Shown: positions 19,990 to 27,957 of the stretch, piece by piece
Numbering within the stretch: the first letter of the stretch is position 1
Layout: every line of letters begins with the position of its first letter
Assembly: GCA_963733195.1 (NCBI GenBank)
Contig: CAVTCR010000036.1
Coordinates: 2,784 to 34,783, forward strand
DNA: 32,000 nucleotides
Source: an uncultured delta proteobacterium
GTDB taxonomy: Bacteria; Desulfobacterota; Binatia; Bin18
Direction: 5' to 3'
Made by a program: the position numbers and the translations under genes
Notes under the pieces: generated by a model
Database searches by the model: none
The model's input: only the letters and a program-made list of their open reading frames with translations
Told to the model about the DNA's origin: nothing

Positions 19990-20522
19990 GTCTGTGGCTC
20001 TTTCTTGCAGTCGCACTCTTGTTGGGCCTCGAACGTATAGTGTACATGTGGGCGTCACGCGACCCTGAGTCTTTCCGTGCCTGGTGTCTTCAGGTTTCCC
20101 CGGCATCGTCTGACACACCGGTTACGGTGCTCCAGGAGCTTTTCTACGGGTTCAAAGGGATTCAGTTCGTCGTGTTTTTTGGCTGGTGCGCCTGGTACCA
20201 GCAGAGGGCACCGTCGATGCTCGGCGAGGCAACGTTGCCGTTGGTCGTGGGCGGTACCTTACTGGTGATAGGACAGGTGCTCAATCTGAGTGTGTTTTAC
20301 CGATTGGGGATGAACGGAGTATTTTACGGCAATCGATTTGGCGAGAAGATTCCCTGGTGTCGAGAGTTTCCCTTTTCTCTGTTTCGGCATCCGCAGTATG
20401 TCGGCACATTGTGTTCTATCTGGGGATTTTTCGCCGCTGTACGTTTTCCGCATGACGATTGGTATCTGCTTCCTGCACTCGAAACGCTGTATTACGCCTA
20501 CGGTGCGTACGTGGAGTTCTAA
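19986..20522 (+). CDS. PEMT-type (Opi3/PEMT family) membrane methyltransferase
   Basis: 178 aa. The ATG at 19986 overlaps the upstream TGA (ATGA) and follows AAAGGAG. The protein is polytopic and has the C-terminal motif REFPFSLFRHPQYVGTLCSIWGF, typical of the phospholipid N-methyltransferase/ICMT superfamily. Confidence 0.7.
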   Translation: MSLWLFLAVALLLGLERIVYMWASRDPESFRAWCLQVSPASSDTPVTVLQELFYGFKGIQFVVFFGWCAWYQQRAPSMLGEATLPLVVGGTLLVIGQVLNLSVFYRLGMNGVFYGNRFGEKIPWCREFPFSLFRHPQYVGTLCSIWGFFAAVRFPHDDWYLLPALETLYYAYGAYVEF

Positions 20523-20589
20523 CCGACGGTGAGTAGGAACTGTCGATGGTAAAAACGAGTAGAGAATTTTGTTCGAGTCAGTACCGCCC

Positions 20590-21738
20590 ATGAACTCACT
20601 TGTGCAATTGTCGCCCGTTTGGGACACAGGCTGTGCTGTCGAGCAGTCTGTGACGATTCAAAGCCATTACAAAAAGGTGCTCCTCCCGAATGAAGATATT
20701 TCCGATAGCCTGATCCATCAACCGCATCGCTATCGGAGCGTGTTTGTTTCTGATCTGCATTTAGGTACGATGTCCTGTTGTGCTAGTGACTTTGTCCAGT
20801 TCCTTAATCATTTGCAGACTGAGTATCTCTTTTTAGTCGGTGATATCTTTGACTTCTGGAAAATGCGGATTTTCAACCCCGTCAAGCTCGGCAAGCTACT
20901 AGGCACGGGAGTGCTCAGCCGTTCGCAGTTGACAGTGGTACAAAAACTCTTGCGAGCGGATCGCCACGGGGTAAAAACTGTCTTTGTGCCAGGCAACCAT
21001 GACGAAGCGCTGCGCGATTTCGTCGGCGCGCGACTCAGTAACATCATGTTGTTACGCGATGCTATCCATGAGACCAAAGACGGACGGCGTTTCCTTGTGC
21101 TGCATGGCGATTGTTTTGATGGGGCGGTGCGTCAGCATCGCTGGCTGAGTATCCTCGGGACCCATGCGTTTGAACTCGTTGCTAAGTTGAGCATGCACAT
21201 CGATCGATGGCGTAAATATGCACGGATTAACCGGGTCTTAGAATACGTGGGGTTGGAATCGCGCTGGTCGTTAGCCCATGCGATCAAAACGCGCTCCGAC
21301 GGTCGTACATACACCGAGTCTTACATCCAAGCGATTCTGACGTATCTCTTCACTAAAAATGAACAGATCTATGCGCGACAGAAACAGCGATCTTCTGCTC
21401 CTCATGAAACTTATTTTTCCGGGATTATCTGCGGCCATACCCACGTGCCAAAAGTCCGGCAATTCTGTTCGCCTATCGATGCCGATACCGGGGAAACCAT
21501 CGGACCGCCAGTGGTAACCTACCTGAACACCGGCCATTGGACCGGACGTCCGGTTGACGATGCAACAGCAACTGGAGCGTGGCACCAGGATTTGCAACAC
21601 CCAGCATGCACAGCGGTGGTAGAGGATCTGGATGGACACCTAAGAGCGATACGATGGGTTCCAGGGAAGGGAATTGTGCCGCTTCTACAGAGGGACGAGA
21701 CAGAGCGAGAACCGCAGCTCGACAAGTTGAGAGCCTGA
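20590..21738 (+). CDS. Calcineurin-like metallophosphoesterase of the LpxH / PlcP (phospholipase C) type
   Basis: Metallophosphoesterase motifs occur in order: VFVSDLHLG, LVGDIFDFW, VPGNHDE, LVLHGDCFD, CGHTHVP. The start ATG at 20590 is preferred over TTG at 20569. Confidence 0.75.
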   Translation: MNSLVQLSPVWDTGCAVEQSVTIQSHYKKVLLPNEDISDSLIHQPHRYRSVFVSDLHLGTMSCCASDFVQFLNHLQTEYLFLVGDIFDFWKMRIFNPVKLGKLLGTGVLSRSQLTVVQKLLRADRHGVKTVFVPGNHDEALRDFVGARLSNIMLLRDAIHETKDGRRFLVLHGDCFDGAVRQHRWLSILGTHAFELVAKLSMHIDRWRKYARINRVLEYVGLESRWSLAHAIKTRSDGRTYTESYIQAILTYLFTKNEQIYARQKQRSSAPHETYFSGIICGHTHVPKVRQFCSPIDADTGETIGPPVVTYLNTGHWTGRPVDDATATGAWHQDLQHPACTAVVEDLDGHLRAIRWVPGKGIVPLLQRDETEREPQLDKLRA

Positions 21739-21885
21739 CGGTGTGTACGCCGGTGAGCACCAAGCTCTGCCGCTATAGGAAAGCTATAGAAACGCTACAG
21801 CAAGATATGGAAAAGTAAGGGAGAGAGAAATCCGCAATCCACCTCAACCTACCTCTCGTGCCTCCTTACTAACCCGAGGTGAGTA

Positions 21886-22656
21886 ATGTTGGACTGTTTT
21901 TGCTCAGCGATCAAGCCAACGCGTGCCGTTATCTTCGATGTCGACGGCACCCTGCTCACGGATACAATTCATCAGGACAAGCATAACTTTATTATCAGCC
22001 AGGTGCTGCACCGGCCCGACTTGCTGCTCTCCGCAGAAGAGTGGCAAGGCATCCGTGGGTTATCGGACGACGATGCGTATCGGTACATAGCCGCGAAGGC
22101 AGCGGCTCATACCTTTGCCCTTGAAACCTCGCTCCCTGAAGCCACTTACCTAGCGATGGTACACGGCTATGTGAACGACCACGTCGACGACATCTCCGTC
22201 CGTCCTGGGGTCCGCGAGGTGCTCTCTGCCGTTGAACAGTGCGGACTAGTGATGGGCGTCGCAACCAATGCTGACTGGCCTGAAACTGAAAGAAAACTGT
22301 CACGAACCGGACTGGCAAAATACTTCCATTTTTTCGTATGTCTAGATGGAGTCCTGGTGCCAAAGCCCGCACCAGACTTGTATCTGCGTGGCATTCGCTT
22401 GGTGCGCGACATTGTCGGCAACAACATAGAACCGGAACAGGTCTTGGCAATTGAAGATACCCACGTTGGCGCACTGGCCGCGCAGAGAGCCGGGTGTCGC
22501 GTGATTGTGTGTCTGCAAGACGGAAGAGACATGCTCGTCGATGACGCAACGCATGACCACCGAAGCGTGTTGATCGCTAACAGTATCCACGACAGCATCA
22601 AGTACATCAGACCAACTGAAAACCATTCACGTTCCTGTCCTTTGCTGAGCATCTGA
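21886..22656 (+). CDS. HAD-superfamily phosphatase (subfamily IA-like)
   Basis: Motif I is VIFDVDGTLL, motif II is GVATNA, and motifs III/IV are K..EDTHVGALAAQRAGC. The RBS is GAGGTGA. Confidence 0.85.
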   Translation: MLDCFCSAIKPTRAVIFDVDGTLLTDTIHQDKHNFIISQVLHRPDLLLSAEEWQGIRGLSDDDAYRYIAAKAAAHTFALETSLPEATYLAMVHGYVNDHVDDISVRPGVREVLSAVEQCGLVMGVATNADWPETERKLSRTGLAKYFHFFVCLDGVLVPKPAPDLYLRGIRLVRDIVGNNIEPEQVLAIEDTHVGALAAQRAGCRVIVCLQDGRDMLVDDATHDHRSVLIANSIHDSIKYIRPTENHSRSCPLLSI

Positions 22657-22745
22657 ATCAAGGATCATGGCTGACACAAATGGCAACGGCCAGCAGTACA
22701 TAAAGATAGACTCTCTGGCGCCAGTCTCTTCACGAGTTTTCCATC

Positions 22746-24836
22746 TTACGAAGGCGTCTGCGGTGTAAACGGTAACAGGAGAGGTTGACTGCTGGCGGTC
22801 AATTCGTACAAACGCTCTTGGGAGCGAAAGGGTGGATCCCCAGTCGCTGTTAGACGTTTCGAATGACCGTCTGAGAGGATCACGCGAGCTTTGACTGTGT
22901 CACCTAACTGAATATCGAGAATCTTGCGAAGGTGTGTCTGCAAGTGCGGATCGAGAATTGGAAACGCGACCTCAATACGGTTATCAAGATTCCGAGGCAT
23001 CCAATCGGACGACGCGAGCCAATACTCTGGGGTCCCTGCATTGTGGAAATAGAAAATCCGCGCGTGCTCAAGGTAGCGGTCGATAATCGAGATGACACGG
23101 ATACGGTCGGAAACTCCAGGGATACCGGGGCGCAGACAGCACAAGCCACGGACAATCAGGTCAATCTGAACGCCTGCTTGGCTGGCAGCATACAATTCGT
23201 CAATCACCACAGGGTCTTCTAACCCGTTCATTTTGGCAATCAAGTGAGCAGACTGTCCAGCGCGGGCGTGCTCCGCTTCCCGCTGGATACGTCGCACTAA
23301 GCCATCGCGCAAATCGAAGGGAGAAACCAACAAGTGGCGAGATTCCCGTGGGTGGGCATAGCCAGTCATGAGGTTAAACAATTCAGTTAAATCTTCTCCG
23401 AACGTATCACGACAAGTGAAGAGGCCGAGGTCACCATATATGGTGCTGGTACGGACGTTGTAGTTACCAGTGCCGAGGTGACAATAGCGGCGCAGTCCGT
23501 CTGCTTCCTGGCGGACCACCATGCACGCCTTACAATGGGTCTTATACCCGACGATGCCATAGACCACGTGGGCACCAACTTCTTCTAGTGCGCGTGCCCA
23601 GGAAATATTTGCTTCTTCATCAAAGCGTGCGCGCAGTTCCAGTAACACCGCTACTTCCTTGCCATTCTCTGCGGCGCGGGCGAGAATCTGTGGAATGGGT
23701 GAGGCTGATCCGACGCGATACAAGGTCATCTTGATTGCCAGCACTTTGGGATCATCTGCTGCCTCTTCCAAGAAGCGCGTCACGGTGCGGAACGACTGAT
23801 AGGGATGATGAACAAGAATGTCGCCGCTGCGAATGGCGCTCCACACATCAGGGGTGCCCTCGAATGCCGACACTGGAAGTGCTGGTTGGGGGCGATCTTT
23901 GAGCCGTGGCAAATCGATGGCAGTATATAACTGAAAGAGATCAGCAAATGCCGTAAAGCCCTTGCCGGGATATAAGTCTTCCGGTTGGAGTTCAAGTTCA
24001 GTAACGAGCTTGGTCAGCACATCGACAGGAAGATCATCGTCATACTGCAAACGCACTGCCGCGCCCATCCGGCGATCCCTCACACTTTGTTCTATCGCGG
24101 AGAGTAGGTCCTGGTTTCGCACGAGGGGCAGTTGCATATCAGCATCACGGGTGACGCGCACGGCATGGCACGAAAGGACCTCATACCCATGATAGAGCTG
24201 CGACAAGTACAGATGAATAACATCTTCCAACAAGATAAAGACGTATTCACCCGCCGAGGCTGGCAACGCAATAAAACGCGGGACGACCTGCGCTGGAAGA
24301 TGCACAACCGAAAGTGAGGTCTTCGGCAGATGCGATGGTCTGGACGGCCGCAGAGATGCGACCAGGCAGAGCGAGCGATTGGCAAGGTGCGGGAACGGAT
24401 GTCCTGGATCAATTGCTAACGGGGTAACAATCGGAAACAGCGTGCGGCGAAAGTAGTCTTGGAGGAAATGCTTTTGGCCCTCTGTCAGGTCGGGAGGACT
24501 AATAATACGAATTCCTTCGGTCATTAACCGTGGCTGCAGATCTTCCAAAAAACATCGATGCTGCTCCTCAGCCAGACGATGCACGCGCTCGGCAATAGCG
24601 GTTAGCGTCTGGGCGGGAGTGAGTCCATCGGGGCCGGACTGCTGGTCTCCGGTAGCAATACGCTGTTGGAGGCGAGCTACCCGCACCATGAAGAATTCGT
24701 CGAGATTGGAACTGAAAATCGCCAGGAATTTCACTCGTTCCAACAGTGGAACACTTTCATCGAGCGCTTCCTCAAGCACACGGCGGTTGAACTCCAGCCA
24801 CGAGAGTTCTCGATTGGTATACAGGTGCACTTCCAT
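22746..24836 (-). CDS. ppk: Polyphosphate kinase 1
   Basis: Intact 696 aa. Conserved motifs are YTNRELSWLEFNRRVLEEA, SNLDEFFMVRV and HLGTGNYN. Length is typical of PPK1. Confidence 0.95.
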   Translation of the reverse strand: MEVHLYTNRELSWLEFNRRVLEEALDESVPLLERVKFLAIFSSNLDEFFMVRVARLQQRIATGDQQSGPDGLTPAQTLTAIAERVHRLAEEQHRCFLEDLQPRLMTEGIRIISPPDLTEGQKHFLQDYFRRTLFPIVTPLAIDPGHPFPHLANRSLCLVASLRPSRPSHLPKTSLSVVHLPAQVVPRFIALPASAGEYVFILLEDVIHLYLSQLYHGYEVLSCHAVRVTRDADMQLPLVRNQDLLSAIEQSVRDRRMGAAVRLQYDDDLPVDVLTKLVTELELQPEDLYPGKGFTAFADLFQLYTAIDLPRLKDRPQPALPVSAFEGTPDVWSAIRSGDILVHHPYQSFRTVTRFLEEAADDPKVLAIKMTLYRVGSASPIPQILARAAENGKEVAVLLELRARFDEEANISWARALEEVGAHVVYGIVGYKTHCKACMVVRQEADGLRRYCHLGTGNYNVRTSTIYGDLGLFTCRDTFGEDLTELFNLMTGYAHPRESRHLLVSPFDLRDGLVRRIQREAEHARAGQSAHLIAKMNGLEDPVVIDELYAASQAGVQIDLIVRGLCCLRPGIPGVSDRIRVISIIDRYLEHARIFYFHNAGTPEYWLASSDWMPRNLDNRIEVAFPILDPHLQTHLRKILDIQLGDTVKARVILSDGHSKRLTATGDPPFRSQERLYELTASSQPLLLPFTPQTPS

Positions 24837-24839
24837 GCT

Positions 24840-25820
24840 TCAGACTCCTCGCCCGAACGTCTCGCGCAGAAGCAATCCTTGTCGTACACCTTCGGTACAC
24901 ACTGTGAGGGTACGATAGTTGCCGAGTCTCATGACTTCTTCGACGACAACGGTTCCCGCAAGGATGACGTCCGCGCGCTCCTCTTTGAGGCCGCCCAATT
25001 GCGTACGTTCGCGTGCCGAGAGTCCCTCCATGCGTTCGCGGAGCGCAGTGATGTCGGCTCGTTGGAGGCTTAGCCCTAGTCGCGACCGTTGCTTATTGAT
25101 GGCGGTCAAATGCATACGCCCGAGGGTCCGGATGGTCCCACCGAGCCCAACCATTTCGTTGCCAGAAGTCGATAGGAAAAATTTTCTTTCGAGCTGACGC
25201 TGGACTTCCTGACGTAGCGCCTGTACTTGCTGTGCGGTTGGCGGATCGCTTTTGAAAAACCGGAAGGTAGTGCGAACTGACCCGAGCGGCAAGCTGGCAG
25301 CTGAGGTGATTTCCTCTTCGCGCACGTGAGAGAGTTGGAGGCTGCCGCCACCAAGATCCGCGACGGTGCCGTTGCGGAAGGAAAGGCTCCGCAACGCGGC
25401 CTGGGTGCCCAACAAGGCTTCTTCTAAGCCACTGAGAATGCGGACCGAGACCCCAGCTTCGCGCTGCAACTTCTCCAGCAATTCATTGCGATTCGTCGCC
25501 TCGCGCACGGCTGACGTGGCTACGGCGAGGATACGCGGGCGATACTCCCGTCGAGCTTCGCGGAGAAAGCGGCGGATGGCGTCGGTGGTTTCCCTGATCG
25601 CTGTGGGAGACAATACGCCAGGACGACCAGCGCTCAGGCGCGTTTGTACACGTTCTTCGCGGAGCACCTGAAAGCCTACTCCCGGAAGGACTGAAGCGAC
25701 AAGACAGCGGACGGCATTTGATCCTAATTCTACCAGCGCGAGAAACTCAGACACATGAGAAGCATAAGAAAGTGCTCCGCGAAGATCAAGAGCGACCTCA
25801 CTTTTTGTCGATACTGGCAT
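24840..25820 (-). CDS. ppx: Exopolyphosphatase / guanosine pentaphosphate phosphohydrolase family (Ppx/GppA)
   Basis: ASKHA motifs LVELGSNAVRCLVA and VADLGGGSLQLS are present. The start ATG is at 25818-25820 after GGAGAGGGAG. The stop lies 3 nt before the ppk ATG. Confidence 0.9.
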   Translation of the reverse strand: MPVSTKSEVALDLRGALSYASHVSEFLALVELGSNAVRCLVASVLPGVGFQVLREERVQTRLSAGRPGVLSPTAIRETTDAIRRFLREARREYRPRILAVATSAVREATNRNELLEKLQREAGVSVRILSGLEEALLGTQAALRSLSFRNGTVADLGGGSLQLSHVREEEITSAASLPLGSVRTTFRFFKSDPPTAQQVQALRQEVQRQLERKFFLSTSGNEMVGLGGTIRTLGRMHLTAINKQRSRLGLSLQRADITALRERMEGLSARERTQLGGLKEERADVILAGTVVVEEVMRLGNYRTLTVCTEGVRQGLLLRETFGRGV

Positions 25821-26170
25821 TAACCACTCCCTCTCCACCCCCCACAATATACGCCTCCAGTTTTGCTAAAGCCTGTTGTACGTCCTCTCCTGAGGCGTTC
25901 AGGTGTCGCATAACCCGCCGCATATCGATCATGTCTCCCGGATGACGAAGGAAGTGCAGCAGCACCTTGTCTCCCGTGTCCTCGGGATCGATTTGCAGTG
26001 TCAAAGGAACTACGCTCTGGTTGATTGCTTGCCCAACATCGGCTGCGGTGGCGTGAAAGGTAACGCATCAATTTACGTACGCGTCGGATAGCGTATGGAT
26101 GACGGTGCAAATGTTGAGCGATCTTATCCCTCACCTCGTCAGGTGTATGCAGACGATCGGATGAATCCAT
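25798..26170 (-). pseudogene. Small hypothetical protein (about 120 aa), first gene of the ppx-ppk transcription unit, one frameshift near 26065
   Basis: MDSSDRLHTPDEVRDKIAQHLHRHPYAIRRVRKLM joins, after a 1-nt shift, to TFHATAADVGQAINQSVVPLTLQIDPEDTGDKVLLHFLRHPGDMIDMRRVMRHLNASGEDVQQALAKLEAYIV. Its stop overlaps the ppx start by 23 nt. No family was recognised. Confidence 0.35.
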
Positions 26171-26250
26171 AAATGTAGATCTCCAAAAAATCCTTACTTT
26201 TCCAGGACGATGGAAGGAAAAAGAAAGTAAGAAGAACTCTGCCACACAAA

Positions 26251-26290
26251 TGTGACAAGAATATGACAGACAGATGACGTGTGTATGACG
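26251..26290 (-). promoter_or_regulatory. Array of four phased Pho-box half-sites upstream of the small-ORF/ppx/ppk unit
   Basis: Plus-strand TGTGACA (26251), TATGACA (26262), GATGACG (26273) and TATGACG (26284) are spaced exactly 11 bp apart. The minus strand reads CGTCATA..CGTCATC..TGTCATA..TGTCACA. The array lies 81-120 nt upstream of the ATG at 26170. Confidence 0.6.
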
Positions 26291-26405
26291 TGTCAATACA
26301 TCTTGCGTCTCCTGGTGCCTGCTTCACTAAATTTTCATCGTGTTGTCACTTGCTCGTAGACCCTGCGATGTATCAAGAGAGCACCTTTCTCGTTAAGGAG
26401 CCTGT

Positions 26406-26633
26406 ATGTCTCAGGATGAATCGATTTACCTCTCTCTGCGCCTGCCGTTTTTTTGGTGGCGTCGCCTGCAGCGAGTCGCCGGGAGCTGCTCTGCTGCCCC
26501 GAACGAATTTGCACGCGAGACCATCGAAGCCGAAATTGTTAGACGCGAACTGTTGTTAGAAAAACAGGGGCAGATTGAGGACGACTGGCTGAGCCTGGTA
26601 ACCGGTGCGATACCGCCCTCTCGGCTACAGTAA
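26406..26633 (+). CDS. Small ribbon-helix-helix (CopG-like) DNA-binding protein, orphan
   Basis: RBS AAGGAG. The pattern is a beta-strand SIYLSLRLP followed by helices WWRRLQRVAG and APNEFARETIEAEIVRRE, typical of RHH proteins. No toxin partner is adjacent. Confidence 0.5.
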   Translation: MSQDESIYLSLRLPFFWWRRLQRVAGSCSAAPNEFARETIEAEIVRRELLLEKQGQIEDDWLSLVTGAIPPSRLQ

Positions 26634-26692
26634 CAGCGTGTTTCTTCTGTGAACAGCGTTGCGCGGCTGGTGCACGTTGTGAAAGGAAGCCC

Positions 26693-27097
26693 TTATGACG
26701 ATGCTAACGGGGAACTTTGTTTCTCCTTCGATGCTTTACTCAGATCTCGGATGTCTTGATCGAAGAGCATTTCTTGTACGAATGCCGCGAGAGTGTGCTG
26801 TGCCTCTGTGTAGCAGCCACGACCAAGTGGGGTAAGCTTATAGTAACGACGAACCCTACCTTGGACAGTGGTTGTGTGACTCTTGAGCAGTTTTGTCTGC
26901 TCGAGTGTGTGAAGCAGAGGGTAGAGCGTTCCTGGACTCACAGTGTAGTCGAATTTGCGTAATGCTTTGATCAGGGCGCCCCCATATACCGGCTCGTGTT
27001 GGGCACGCTGGAGGATAAACAGTTTGATCATCCCATTGATGAGCGATCGGCGGAGTGAGTTTACGGAATCATGCAGATCAAACTTGCGGGTTGCCAT
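26693..27097 (-). CDS. PadR-family transcriptional regulator
   Basis: MIKLFILQRAQHEPVYGGALIKALRKFDYTVSPGTLYPLLHTLEQTKLLKSH..GRVRRYYKLTPLG is a canonical PadR winged helix. Confidence 0.85.
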   Translation of the reverse strand: MATRKFDLHDSVNSLRRSLINGMIKLFILQRAQHEPVYGGALIKALRKFDYTVSPGTLYPLLHTLEQTKLLKSHTTTVQGRVRRYYKLTPLGRGCYTEAQHTLAAFVQEMLFDQDIRDLSKASKEKQSSPLASS

Positions 27098-27280
27098 TTC
27101 TCTCAGGCGACCAACACGATGTTACCCGGTGATGTCTATTATGTGACGATTCGATGAATTTTTTGCAAGAGGCCCAGAATAGGACGACTTCGTTATTTTT
27201 TATTTTCGACATGCGCTCGTAACACACACATAGTATCGTTCCTGTATTGATCTCGACAGAACTAATCACAGGAGGTCATT

Positions 27281-27487
27281 ATGTACGAATCTATTCAAGA
27301 AAGAATTCCGTCTCACGTCCACGTTATTCTTACTGAAGTCGAACTGACCCAACCTTCTCTTCGTCGTGTGCTCTCACGAATATGCAAACAACAGCGGCGT
27401 TGGTGGAATGAAGAACGGCTGGCACTACTGGCGTTAGGTTTGGGGAATGCCTGTTTTCTTGGGCTTGTGCTGTGGTGGATTTTGTAG
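27281..27487 (+). CDS. Small tail-anchored membrane protein (68 aa), divergent from padR
   Basis: Strong RBS ACAGGAGGT lies 6 nt before the ATG. The C-terminal TM segment is LALLALGLGNACFLGLVLWWIL. No family was recognised. Confidence 0.45.
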   Translation: MYESIQERIPSHVHVILTEVELTQPSLRRVLSRICKQQRRWWNEERLALLALGLGNACFLGLVLWWIL

Positions 27488-27708
27488 CGATTCATTTCAT
27501 TCGTCACCAAAATTTTCGCTTTGTGTCATATTTCTCTCCAACTCATCCCTCAACCTCCTCCAACCCGAAAACACATCGGCGTGTTAAACGACAATAACTT
27601 TCCCTTCAGCGTCGGGCGGCATGTCGAAAGCAAACAACCGGTGACAATGAGTTTATCATCATTCGTCTTGGGACGATTCCTCCCTTCGCTCGACGAGGGG
27701 AGGGGACG

Positions 27709-27753
27709 CAGGCCCGCAGGTTTTCCTCTCCGTCTGTGGGCCTGTTGTTTTTA
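27709..27753 (+). terminator. Rho-independent terminator
   Basis: Stem caggcccgcag (27709-27719) / ctgtgggcctg (27734-27744) pairs with one mismatch and is followed by TTGTTTTTA. Confidence 0.55.
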
Positions 27754-27928
27754 TCGATTCTTCATCGTCCTTTCATCTTCATGTAATAACGCGTCTCTAT
27801 ACTAGGTGGCGATCATCTCCCAACCCCAGAGGCTGCGCAGAACAGCGGGCCTCTCCCTCCGAGGCGCTGGTGAACAACGAGCAGCAGCGCCTCGCCCCCC
27901 ACTTTTAGGTGCCCCATGATTCTCCAAC

Positions 27929-27957
27929 ATGTCACCATGCTGCAACGCGCGCGTCAT
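27929..27957 (+). promoter_or_regulatory. Putative Pho box upstream of phoX
   Basis: ATGTCAC-catg-CTGCAAC-gcgc-GCGTCAT is three 7-mers in 11-bp phase. The outer two are good TGTCAT-like matches. The site lies 92-120 nt upstream of the ATG at 28049. Confidence 0.45.

Noticed and set aside
27521-27805. 94-aa plus-strand ORF with a TTG start
   Set aside because: It runs straight through a rho-independent terminator, has no RBS, and its composition is not protein-like.
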